This document shows positions 9,700 to 18,470 of a stretch of DNA of 64,000 nt, piece by piece. A program made the position numbers and the translations under genes. The notes under the pieces were generated by a model. That model was not told the DNA's origin and made no database searches. It saw only the letters and a list, made by a program, of their open reading frames with translations. The DNA is from Thermoplasmata archaeon (GTDB lineage Archaea > Thermoplasmatota > Thermoplasmata > Thermoplasmatales > ARK-15): assembly GCA_038729465.1 (NCBI GenBank), contig JAVYRZ010000006.1:1697-65696 (forward strand), given 5' to 3'. Each line of letters opens with the position of its first letter. Within the stretch, counting starts at the first letter, position 1.

Positions 9700-9936
9700 T
9701 TAAAAGTTTTCAATATTGTCTATACTAATTTCCCGTTCTGGTTTTTTAGTGTGCTTTACTATCCAGTATCTTGTAGCATATCCTGCAACTAAGTTTCTAA
9801 TTCTTTTAGTTGGTACATTTGTATATAGATTAACTTTCTGTTTGTTGTTTTCAAAATCTCCATTAAATTCCTCAGGATATTTTTCCAATAGCTCTTTCGC
9901 AACATTTTTTATTATTAAAGGTCTAATGCTTCCCAT
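9700..9936 (-). CDS. rps17e: 30S ribosomal protein S17e
   Basis: MGSIRPLIIKNVAKELLEKYPEEF is the characteristic S17e N-terminus. Confidence 0.85.
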   Translation of the reverse strand: MGSIRPLIIKNVAKELLEKYPEEFNGDFENNKQKVNLYTNVPTKRIRNLVAGYATRYWIVKHTKKPEREISIDNIENF

Positions 9937-10190
9937 ATTATATCACAGTGTGAAGAGGTAAGGGCTTCTTATTTATATATTTTTTGAATCTTTGGATTTG
10001 TCAATTATCCGTTGAAAAATATTGAAAAGATTATCAATTAACACAGCTCATATCTTTCACAAAACAAATTAAATGATCAAAATAAAAGCAATGAGCACAA
10101 ACAAAATGAAATAATATTTACATATCAATGAAAAATTGACAACATCCATATTTCGAAAGATTTTTAAACACTTCAAATATTATTATAGAT

Positions 10191-11213
10191 ATGAGTTATG
10201 GATTTGTTTTAGAAAACGGCATAGGCAAACTTGCTGGTTGGCATGATCCAGATTATATGAGGGAATGGTTTCGAGATAATAAAACCAGAGATTATACAAA
10301 CAAGTTTATGTCTTTGTCCGACGCAGTTAGAAATTTTGTAAAAGATCAGGATTATATTGTTTTTGGAGGTTTTGGCCATGTGCGTACACCTATGGCGGCA
10401 ATATATGAAATAATCAGACAGAAAAAAAGAAATTTGACCATGGGTGCAAAAACTGCTGTGCACGATGTTGATATTCTAGTAGCTGCAGGGGTTGTAGATA
10501 AAATAGAAGCTACATATACATTTGGCCACGAATTGAGAGGACTATCTCCTGCATCTAGGAGAGCAGTAGAAAATGGTACTGTAAAAGTGATTGCTGAATG
10601 GAGTAATGGTGGATTTGGATTACGATTGAAAGCAGCTGCTATGGGATTACCGTTTTTACCAAACAGAGGTGCTTTAGGCAGTGATACCTTAAAATACAGT
10701 TCTTCGAAAGTAGTAAAAGATCCGTTTAGCTACAAACCGATATCTTTGATTCCTGCATGCTATCCTGACGTAGCGTTTGTTCATGTGAACAGATCAGATA
10801 TGTATGGAAACTCTCAGATTGATGGTATTACGGTTCAAGACATAGATCTTGCAAGAGCTACTAAAAGATTGATCATTACAACAGAAAAGATAGTTAGCAA
10901 TGATCAAATACGTATGCATCCTGAGAGAACTGCAATACCCTATTTTTTAGTTGATGCCGTGATAAAAATACCATATGGTGCCCACCCGACAAATATGCCG
11001 TATTTATATTATTCTGATGAAGAAATTATGGCAGAATGGTTAAAAGTATCAAAAACAAGTTTAGGAGTTGAGAATTATCTTAAAAAATATGTTTATAATG
11101 TTGAAAATTTTAAAGAATACTTAGAATTAGTAGGTGGAATTGCAAAAATGAAAAAACTGAAAAAAATAGAAAAATTAGAGCTTTTACCAGATCTTAAATG
11201 GCTGGAGGCTTGA
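10191..11213 (+). CDS. CoA-transferase subunit A (glutaconate/3-oxoacid CoA-transferase family)
   Basis: Family-I CoA-transferase alpha-like sequence. It is followed directly by the beta-like partner. Confidence 0.7.
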   Translation: MSYGFVLENGIGKLAGWHDPDYMREWFRDNKTRDYTNKFMSLSDAVRNFVKDQDYIVFGGFGHVRTPMAAIYEIIRQKKRNLTMGAKTAVHDVDILVAAGVVDKIEATYTFGHELRGLSPASRRAVENGTVKVIAEWSNGGFGLRLKAAAMGLPFLPNRGALGSDTLKYSSSKVVKDPFSYKPISLIPACYPDVAFVHVNRSDMYGNSQIDGITVQDIDLARATKRLIITTEKIVSNDQIRMHPERTAIPYFLVDAVIKIPYGAHPTNMPYLYYSDEEIMAEWLKVSKTSLGVENYLKKYVYNVENFKEYLELVGGIAKMKKLKKIEKLELLPDLKWLEA

Positions 11214-11218
11214 AAAAA

Positions 11219-11983
11219 ATGAGCTATACATCTGTAGAGATGATGACCGTCGCTGCAGCGAGGGTGTTAGAAGATAAGAAAACTGTATTTGTGGGGACCG
11301 GGTTACCGTTATTATCCGCGATGCTGGCAAAACGTCTGCATGCTCCAAATCTTACATTAATATTTGAATCAGGTTCAATTGGCAGTTTGGTTCCAAGAGT
11401 CCCATTATCTGTAGGTGACTCGTTATCTTTTTACAAAGCATTGTTACTATCAGGAATGGATTACGTAATGTCTGTAGCTCAGGGCGGTTTTGTAGATTAT
11501 GGATTTATTGGAGGTGCTCAGATAGATGCATATGGAAATCTAAACACTACTGTAATAGGATCATGGTATAAGCCAAAGGTTAGATTACCGGGAAGTGGTG
11601 GTAATAACGATGTTGCATCGTTTTGCTGGAAAACTATAATTATTATGAAGCAGGACAAAAGCAAGTTTGTAAAAAAGTTGGATTTTATGACCTCTCCAGG
11701 GTACATAGATAGCAAAGGTAGAGAACCTAGAGGACTACCTAAAGACACTGGGCCATTCAGGTTAATTACACAATTAGGAGTATATGATTTTAATCCGTTG
11801 ACAAAGAGAATAAGATTGATAGAAACATATCCAGGCATAAGTTTACAGGATATACAAAATAACAGCAGTTTTGAAATAGAAGTTTCAGACAACGTAAAAG
11901 TTTCTGATGCACCAAACGACAATGAACTGAAGATTATGAGAGAGCTTGATCCATTAGGTGTGGTAATATCTTTTAAAAAGTGA
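11219..11983 (+). CDS. CoA-transferase subunit B
   Basis: IFESGSIG and GGAQIDAYGNLN motifs; the catalytic-Glu region SGGNND resembles the beta subunit. GGAGG lies 10 nt upstream of the ATG at 11219; the track start 11198 would overlap subunit A. Confidence 0.7.
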   Translation: MSYTSVEMMTVAAARVLEDKKTVFVGTGLPLLSAMLAKRLHAPNLTLIFESGSIGSLVPRVPLSVGDSLSFYKALLLSGMDYVMSVAQGGFVDYGFIGGAQIDAYGNLNTTVIGSWYKPKVRLPGSGGNNDVASFCWKTIIIMKQDKSKFVKKLDFMTSPGYIDSKGREPRGLPKDTGPFRLITQLGVYDFNPLTKRIRLIETYPGISLQDIQNNSSFEIEVSDNVKVSDAPNDNELKIMRELDPLGVVISFKK

Positions 11984-11988
11984 TTTAC

Positions 11989-13110
11989 ATGATAGAATTA
12001 AAAGAAGAACAGAAAATATTGATAAATACAATAGAGGAATTTGCAAAGAAAAAAATAGAGCCTATAGCTAAAAAGATAGATGAGGAAGATGAAATACCTT
12101 CAGTGCTTTACAGAGAGCTTAGAGATATAGGGTTGATGGGAATACTGATCCCACAGAAATATGGTGGTTCAGAGCTGGATATGCTTACATATTCATATAT
12201 TCTAGAGATTGTAGGGAGATATTCAGGTGGTTTAGCTCTTAGCTTAGAAGCACAGAATAGCCTTGGACTCTCACATTTATATATTTATGGTAATGAGAAG
12301 CAGAGAGAGAGATATGTGCCAGAAGTAATAGCTTCGGCAAACCCGATTGCCTGGGCTTTAACAGAACCTCAGTCTGGAAGTGATGCAAAAAATCTTCAGA
12401 CTAAAGCTCTAAAAAAAGATGACAAATATATAATAACAGGATCTAAGATATTTATTACCCATGGAGTGCATTCAGACTATTTGATATTATTTGCTAAGAC
12501 TGAAAAAGGTATATCTGCATTTATAGTAGACGGTCATGCTAAAGGAATTGAAAGAAATGCAATAAAGAATAAATTAGGTGTTAGAGGTACAGAGACCGCA
12601 GAGATATTTTTAAACGATGTGGAAGTTCCGGAAGAAAATCTGTTAGGCAAAGAGGGTGAAGGATACAAACAGGCAATGAACATCTTAGATGCAGGTCGCA
12701 TAGCTATTGGCGCTATGGGCGTTGGTCTAGCACAAGGTGCATTTAATCTTGTTGTCTCATACATGAAAGAAAGGTCTGCTTTCGGTTCAAAATTAGAGAA
12801 TTTTGAAGGTTTACAATTCAGGCTAGCAGAGCTGGGAACTGAGCTAGAAGCGGCAAGATTAATGGTTCAGCAATCAGCGCTCTTAAAAGATCAGGGAAAA
12901 ACATTCAAGAAACAGGCTTCTATGGCAAAATATTTTTCGAGCCAGATCGCCATGAAGATCTCAAACTTTGCAATTCAGGTACATGGTGGGTATGGATATT
13001 TTAGAGATTTTGGAATAGACAGATATCTTCGTGACTCAAAACTTTTGGAGATAGGCGAGGGTACCAACGAAGTGCAGAGATTGATTATATTCAGAGAGCT
13101 CATGCGATAA
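11989..13110 (+). CDS. Acyl-CoA dehydrogenase
   Basis: TEPQSGSD, YITGSKIFITHG and EIGEGTNEVQR motifs. The GTG at 11980 is an alternative start. Confidence 0.9.
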   Translation: MIELKEEQKILINTIEEFAKKKIEPIAKKIDEEDEIPSVLYRELRDIGLMGILIPQKYGGSELDMLTYSYILEIVGRYSGGLALSLEAQNSLGLSHLYIYGNEKQRERYVPEVIASANPIAWALTEPQSGSDAKNLQTKALKKDDKYIITGSKIFITHGVHSDYLILFAKTEKGISAFIVDGHAKGIERNAIKNKLGVRGTETAEIFLNDVEVPEENLLGKEGEGYKQAMNILDAGRIAIGAMGVGLAQGAFNLVVSYMKERSAFGSKLENFEGLQFRLAELGTELEAARLMVQQSALLKDQGKTFKKQASMAKYFSSQIAMKISNFAIQVHGGYGYFRDFGIDRYLRDSKLLEIGEGTNEVQRLIIFRELMR

Positions 13111-13228
13111 AATATTAAAAAAGCTCATTTAAAAATCAAGAGTATGGTTTAAGTCCTTGGGGCACTAAGCGTAACGCTAGCATATGAAATTCTTGGTTGC
13201 AATAGATGATGTAGTTACATAAAGATGC

Positions 13229-14368
13229 TCACTTACTAACATGTCTTGATATTACCATCCTCATTGCCTCTGAGGTACCAAGGCTCAAAGTCAGATTATG
13301 AACATCTCTTGCCAATCTTTCGATTACAGTGCCTCTTGTATATCCATAACCGCCCCATATTTCAACAGCATTAGATATGTGCCTAATTGCTGCTTCTGAA
13401 ACAAAGAGTTTAGTCATAGCAGCTTCTTTGCTGAAATCTTTATTTTGATCTATTAACATTGCAGTATTATAAACCATCAATCTTGCAGATTCAAGATCTG
13501 TGGCCATGTCTGCAATATACTTCTGAATAAACTGGTTTGAGATAATTGCATTACCTCCACTGTTCCTGGTTTTAGAAAATGATAAAGATTCTTCAAAAGC
13601 CCTTTGTAACATTCCTAGTCCTAATGCAGAGAGATTTACTCTACCACGATCAAAAGTAGATAATGCAACTTTAATCCCTTCATTTTCATTGCCTATTAAA
13701 TTTTCTTTTGGTACAGGAGTATTTTTATAATATAATCCCGCAATGGCAGAGCCTCTAAATCCAGTCATTTTTATTGGATCTCCAACTCTAAAATTTTTAA
13801 ATGATTTTTCCACAAGAAAAGCAGAGATCCCCTTTCCTTTTAATTCAGGCTTCGTTTTTGCAAAGATTATAAAGTAATCAGCAACGCTGGCATTGGTTAT
13901 AAAATATTTAGACCCATTCAAAAGATAGAGATTTGTGTTTGGGTCATAGGTTGCTGTACTATTTATTCCCGAAACATCGGTACCTCCCGTGGGTTCGGTC
14001 ATAGCAAAAGTTCCTATTTTTTTGCCTGTTACAATCTCTTTTAATATCTGTTTCTGAGATTCTGAACCATATAATAATAGTGTCTGGTTAAACAAACTTT
14101 CTACTTCTAGAATAAAAGCTGTATTAGGATCTACCCTCGCTACTTCTTCAATTATAATATCTAATTTCAACCTGCTCTCTCCAATCCCACCGTAAAGTTC
14201 AGGTATACCATACTTTAGTATTCCATAGTCCGCCATTGCTTTTAATGAATCTAATGGGAAAGTTTCCATTTCATCCCATTTTGACGCATTTTTTTCAAGT
14301 TTCTCTTCGCAAAAACCTCTAATTTTAGTTTTGAATTCTTCTAATTCTGGAGTTAAGAAAGAGATCAT
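13229..14368 (-). CDS. Acyl-CoA dehydrogenase (second paralogue, convergent with the first)
   Basis: TEPTGGTD, GSKYFITNA and GGYGY motifs. Confidence 0.9.
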   Translation of the reverse strand: MISFLTPELEEFKTKIRGFCEEKLEKNASKWDEMETFPLDSLKAMADYGILKYGIPELYGGIGESRLKLDIIIEEVARVDPNTAFILEVESLFNQTLLLYGSESQKQILKEIVTGKKIGTFAMTEPTGGTDVSGINSTATYDPNTNLYLLNGSKYFITNASVADYFIIFAKTKPELKGKGISAFLVEKSFKNFRVGDPIKMTGFRGSAIAGLYYKNTPVPKENLIGNENEGIKVALSTFDRGRVNLSALGLGMLQRAFEESLSFSKTRNSGGNAIISNQFIQKYIADMATDLESARLMVYNTAMLIDQNKDFSKEAAMTKLFVSEAAIRHISNAVEIWGGYGYTRGTVIERLARDVHNLTLSLGTSEAMRMVISRHVSK

Positions 14369-14531
14369 TATTATTCACCATTGGTTCTATATTCATACTT
14401 CATTATTAATTTTTTTCTAATCTGTAAATTCAATTAAAAATATAATAAATTATCTTAATTATTTAGAAAAATATATATACTATTAAAAGTTATGTATATT
14501 TGTCTGACAATTAAGGATAAAGGTGTATACT

Positions 14532-14894
14532 ATGTCTGATCTAGATAAAGAATCTGTTAGGATTACTATAAGGATCTCTGGAGAAGCTTATGAAAAATTA
14601 GATGAACTTATAAAAAATGGTTCGTATAGAAATATTTCAGATGTCATTCGTTCTGCAATTTTGGAATTTATATCTAACAAATTTCCTCCCCAGAATATAG
14701 GGAAAGTAACTGTAGATATTCCAAAAAATACAATGGAACAACTATCTCAGCTTGTTGAAGCAGGAGATGCAGTTTCTAAAGAAGAAGAGATTAGAACTGC
14801 TATAAGAGAGTATTTAAATCGTAAGTTTAGAGAACTGGCCCGTGCTAGGTTAGATAAAGAATTTTTTAAAGGTGCAGAAGGTAATGAATCTTGA
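14532..14894 (+). CDS. Tandem ribbon-helix-helix (CopG-like) protein, CdrS-like by position upstream of ftsZ
   Basis: Two RHH modules in one chain: VRITIRISGEAYEKLDELI... and VTVDIPKNTMEQLSQLV.... The gene overlaps the ftsZ start. AAGGTG lies upstream of the ATG at 14532. Confidence 0.65.
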   Translation: MSDLDKESVRITIRISGEAYEKLDELIKNGSYRNISDVIRSAILEFISNKFPPQNIGKVTVDIPKNTMEQLSQLVEAGDAVSKEEEIRTAIREYLNRKFRELARARLDKEFFKGAEGNES

Positions 14895-15903
14895 GTATTA
14901 CAAAAATAAATTTGACGATAATAAAATAAAAATTAAAGAGGGTTTTAGGATATGTGCGGTTGGTGTAGGAGGAGCTGGTTCTAATACAATTAACAGAATA
15001 AGCAGATTCGGATTAAAAGACATATACACAATAGCTATAAACACAGATCCTATTCATCTAAGCACCATAAATGCCGATAAAAAAGTGCATTTGTCAAGTA
15101 GCCTTTTGCATGGGTGGGGAACTGGAGGAGACATTGAATTAGGTGAAAGGGCTATTATAGCTGCCATGGATTCCTTAAAGACCTTATTTAATGATTTTGA
15201 TATTGTATTTATTATTGCTGGATTTGGCGGCGGAACCGGAACCGGTGCGACTCCTTTAATTGCAGATCTAGCAAAAAAGTCAGGTGCATTAGTTGTTAGT
15301 ATTGTTTCAATCCCCTTTTCTATAGAGCGGGCAAGGGTTACAAAAGCTAAACAGGGAGTAGCAACACTTATAAATTTTTCGCAGACCATTATAATGCTTG
15401 AAAATGACAAACTTATGCAGCTTCTTCCTAATTTTCCCTTAGACAAAGCTTTTTTTGTAATGGATCAGCTCATAAGTGAGATAATATTAGCATTTTATAA
15501 TATGCTAGTACAGCACAATGGCATAAATATTAATTTTTCTGAAATTAAAAAGATTTTTTCTAGTGGTAAATTATCTACTATATTATTCAGTGAAGGAGAG
15601 ATTAATAACCTAAAAGATCTGGTAGATGATACTTTAAATCATCCGTTAATAGAATTAGACTATAGCAAGTCTTCTGATGCTTTAATTTATATAAACTCTG
15701 GAGAAGAGCTGACGCTCAGTGAAGTTATGTCAATCATTGATTCCATAGGATCGAAGATGAACAAAAGAGAGAGTATAATCTGGGGCACTAACATTGATCC
15801 AGCACTGAAGAACAAGATTAAGCTACTATGCATTTTAACAAATATACAATTACCATTCTTAGAAGTAAAAGACGATGATTCATTAAACAACATTTTATTT
15901 TAA
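14884..15903 (+). CDS. ftsZ: FtsZ-family tubulin-like GTPase (FtsZ2-like by synteny)
   Basis: GVGGAGSNTINR and GFGGGTGTGATPLIA are the tubulin signature, followed by SIVSIPFSIE. The GTG at 14872 is an alternative start. Confidence 0.85.
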   Translation: MNLEYYKNKFDDNKIKIKEGFRICAVGVGGAGSNTINRISRFGLKDIYTIAINTDPIHLSTINADKKVHLSSSLLHGWGTGGDIELGERAIIAAMDSLKTLFNDFDIVFIIAGFGGGTGTGATPLIADLAKKSGALVVSIVSIPFSIERARVTKAKQGVATLINFSQTIIMLENDKLMQLLPNFPLDKAFFVMDQLISEIILAFYNMLVQHNGININFSEIKKIFSSGKLSTILFSEGEINNLKDLVDDTLNHPLIELDYSKSSDALIYINSGEELTLSEVMSIIDSIGSKMNKRESIIWGTNIDPALKNKIKLLCILTNIQLPFLEVKDDDSLNNILF

Positions 15904-15918
15904 AAAAAATTAAAGGAG

Positions 15919-16518
15919 TTATAAGGTATCAAAACCACCTATATCTTCATCTTTCTTTCTTCTTTTAAACTCGTTGTGCCGTTGCTTAACTGCTTTTTTA
16001 ATGAGTGGATGAATCTTCGGTTTTTCTATAGTTTCTTCAACCAAATTATTATCTATTGGTTCAGGATGCTTTTGCCATTCTTTTATCTTTTTGTTTTCAC
16101 TGTTAACGCTTTCATTCTGTATATGAAGGCTCATTACACCTCCAATGTATGCAAATATTGCCAGTATTAATAAATTTGGTGGAATATAATGTAAAAAGCT
16201 ATTAAAGTTAGATATGTAATTGCTTAATGCATTTAATGGGACATATACGAACAAAAATACATTTTTTAAATATTCTGCATGTAAGGTATAAACTATTTGG
16301 AAGTTAGATAACATGTAAATAAATATAATCACAATAGAAGCAGGAATCAATACTGCAACTAATCCTTTTACCGGACTTCCTGATTTCCTCCCAGCAACAT
16401 AACCAGAAATCATAGGCCCAAAAATAGGTATCCACCATAATAAAGCGTATATTACTACCGCGTAGAACATGCCTTTTAAAATGCCATAAGTTTTTTTAAT
16501 GTTGATCATTTTTATCAT
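15919..16518 (-). CDS. Membrane protein with a basic/acidic C-terminal tail, function unknown
   Basis: Four or five hydrophobic segments by eye. No recognisable motif. Confidence 0.5.
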   Translation of the reverse strand: MIKMINIKKTYGILKGMFYAVVIYALLWWIPIFGPMISGYVAGRKSGSPVKGLVAVLIPASIVIIFIYMLSNFQIVYTLHAEYLKNVFLFVYVPLNALSNYISNFNSFLHYIPPNLLILAIFAYIGGVMSLHIQNESVNSENKKIKEWQKHPEPIDNNLVEETIEKPKIHPLIKKAVKQRHNEFKRRKKDEDIGGFDTL

Positions 16519-16793
16519 CTTTTTGTCTTATTTATGTCTGACAATAATACATTATATAATACTATTATATAAACTTTTTTATTATGAACGTCAGACTTAT
16601 CTCAGACAATAAAAAATTCAGAGGGTTAATAATAGATAATTTTTTATCTAAACACTGTATTTAGCGGTTTATTTATAAAATAATCAATATAGAATTTAAC
16701 CTATGAATCAGAAACGTTGTGTAATGTGGAGAGGCAAGGTAACCCTGCTAATCTTTATTTATCAATTATTACAACAGAAAAGACGCTCTTTTA

Positions 16794-16967
16794 TTACTTG
16801 TTTTTCAGCGCTTTTACAAACTCTTCATAGTCTTTTTCGTCTATTTCCAAAATTAATGACCCGATATAACCACAGTCATTGCATTTATAAATCTCTCCCA
16901 TCATCATGCCGCCTTCATAATAGATATTTGTCGATCCACATTTCGGGCATATTTTAAATCTGGTCAT
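16794..16967 (-). CDS. Small Zn-ribbon protein (57 aa, absent from the ORF track)
   Basis: Hand translation gives MTRFKICPKCGSTNIYYEGGMMMGEIYKCNDCGYIGSLILEIDEKDYEEFVKALKNK. It has CPKC...CNDC knuckles. Its ATG overlaps the TGA of the upstream SCP2 gene (ATGA). Confidence 0.6.
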   Translation of the reverse strand: MTRFKICPKCGSTNIYYEGGMMMGEIYKCNDCGYIGSLILEIDEKDYEEFVKALKNK

Positions 16968-17311
16968 TTCAAAAGATCCGTCAACAACAGCTTATCGCTT
17001 AAAGATGCTTTTACTACTAGCTTTTTTGTAATATATGCAGAAAGTGCATCTAGCTCTTTATTCAATATCATATTAAAATTTTCAGTGGTAATTTGAACTC
17101 GGATATCTGGTTTTTCAATGGTGCCTTCAAGTACCTCTGACAAGTGCATGTTCTTTAAGTAAAGATAATAAGAACCATTATCTGTAAACTCAATCTGGAT
17201 ACTTCTTTCTAATCCAGCAATGCTTTTCTTCAATTTATCATTTTTATCTGCACGTTCATTGAATCTATTAGCTAATTTATCTAAGATTTCTTTCATATTT
17301 TCACAATCCAT
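16964..17311 (-). CDS. SCP2 (sterol-carrier-like) domain protein
   Basis: Its size and the C-terminal LDALSAYITKKLVVKASLSDKLLL pattern resemble SCP2 domains. Confidence 0.55.
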   Translation of the reverse strand: MDCENMKEILDKLANRFNERADKNDKLKKSIAGLERSIQIEFTDNGSYYLYLKNMHLSEVLEGTIEKPDIRVQITTENFNMILNKELDALSAYITKKLVVKASLSDKLLLTDLLK

Positions 17312-17930
17312 ATAGATCCAGAGTATTTAAATTTGTAATGCTTTTCCAAGACATCCTAACATATCTCGGATATGATCCATGCTCTTTAAAGTAATTTTTT
17401 AAAAATGTGATTGTTTTAGGATCAGAAGGGTATCCTGACCCAAAATCACCAATGATCTTTTTCAATTTTTCGATCTCTCGATCTCTTGTAACCTTAGCAA
17501 TTATAGAAGCCGCTGATACGATTGGGTACGTACTGTCTGCTTTGTGTTCTGATATAATCTTATATTTATTGTTGGTTAGCTTCATAATATTGTTCCCAAA
17601 CCTTACTTCATTAACGTCTACCGCATCGACGTAAATTGTGGTACAATGCATCTGATTAATAATTTCTGCAAATGCATTTAGTTCTATGGCGTTAAGTGTC
17701 ATGCTCTTCCTTAAATTATCTATCTCACATGCATCTATCTTTTTTATTATAATTTGATCTGCTATATTCTCTAATTTCTCAAATAATATTGTTCTAGCTC
17801 TTGGAAGCAAAGTTTTGGAGTCTCTAACTTTTATATCTTTTAACTTATCCAGTTCACAAGAAAATCCAGCAACTATCAAAGGACCGATTACAGGGCCTCT
17901 CCCAGCTTCATCTAATCCTGCAATAATCAT
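17301..17930 (-). CDS. rnhB: Ribonuclease HII
   Basis: GLDEAGRGPVIGPLIVAG catalytic motif and DSK...ASIIAK. Confidence 0.9.
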   Translation of the reverse strand: MIIAGLDEAGRGPVIGPLIVAGFSCELDKLKDIKVRDSKTLLPRARTILFEKLENIADQIIIKKIDACEIDNLRKSMTLNAIELNAFAEIINQMHCTTIYVDAVDVNEVRFGNNIMKLTNNKYKIISEHKADSTYPIVSAASIIAKVTRDREIEKLKKIIGDFGSGYPSDPKTITFLKNYFKEHGSYPRYVRMSWKSITNLNTLDLYGL

Positions 17931-17933
17931 AGT

Positions 17934-18293
17934 TTATTTATTATCTAAATAATCTTGGAGCTCTTCATATATATATCCCATCACAATATCTCCACGGGGA
18001 AATAATTCTTCGTCTTCTAATGAATCAGAATAATATTTTTTTATGGTATTTACTATTGCCTCAGCAATGGATTCATCTTCATCTTTTATCTCTAATCCAT
18101 TAAGTTCTTTTTTAATATCCTTTAAGAATTTATCTGATACATCAAATTCCTCATCTTTCTCTACAAATATTCCTTTCTTCTTCATGTCTATTATCAATGC
18201 AATCAATAATTCTTCTATTTCTTCTTCAAGTGTCTGTAAATACTCATTTTCTGGTAACTCTTCATCTTTTTTATTTTGTTCTTTTTTAGCCAT
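17934..18293 (-). CDS. Highly acidic hypothetical protein
   Basis: ORF heading the rnhB operon and rich in E/D. No recognisable domain. Confidence 0.5.
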   Translation of the reverse strand: MAKKEQNKKDEELPENEYLQTLEEEIEELLIALIIDMKKKGIFVEKDEEFDVSDKFLKDIKKELNGLEIKDEDESIAEAIVNTIKKYYSDSLEDEELFPRGDIVMGYIYEELQDYLDNK

Positions 18294-18470
18294 AAAAAAC
18301 CATATTTATAGGTAGTATTTAACATTTGTGAGCTGGATTTTTCCCTTATCAGATTGAAGGTAAAAGCGAGCTAAAAATTTATACTTATGATAATATAGAT
18401 TTTATAATAAAAAATTATATCTAAAAATATTGTACAGTACAAATAAAAAAATTATTTTATACCGTTTTGC

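Noticed and set aside
13140-13228. Possible fourth fragment of F1 (GCTAGCATATGAAATTCT resembles GCTAGCATGAAATATATC / GCTAATATGAAATATCT)
   Set aside because: Only a ~17-nt patch matches. The flanking sequence does not align with the conserved hairpins or the terminal CTCCGAT motif, so this is likely chance in AT-rich DNA.
15054-15446. Long antisense ORFs inside strong genes, for example 15054-15446, 26504-26929, 37577-37993, 11518-11922 and 40874-41347
   Set aside because: Each lies entirely within a motif-supported gene on the opposite strand. These are typical shadow ORFs, with no independent start signals or motifs.
16703-16957. 84-aa plus-strand ORF
   Set aside because: It lies antisense to a better-supported 57-aa Zn-ribbon gene (16794-16967) that is translationally coupled to the upstream operon. 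The plus-strand product has no features and an odd composition.
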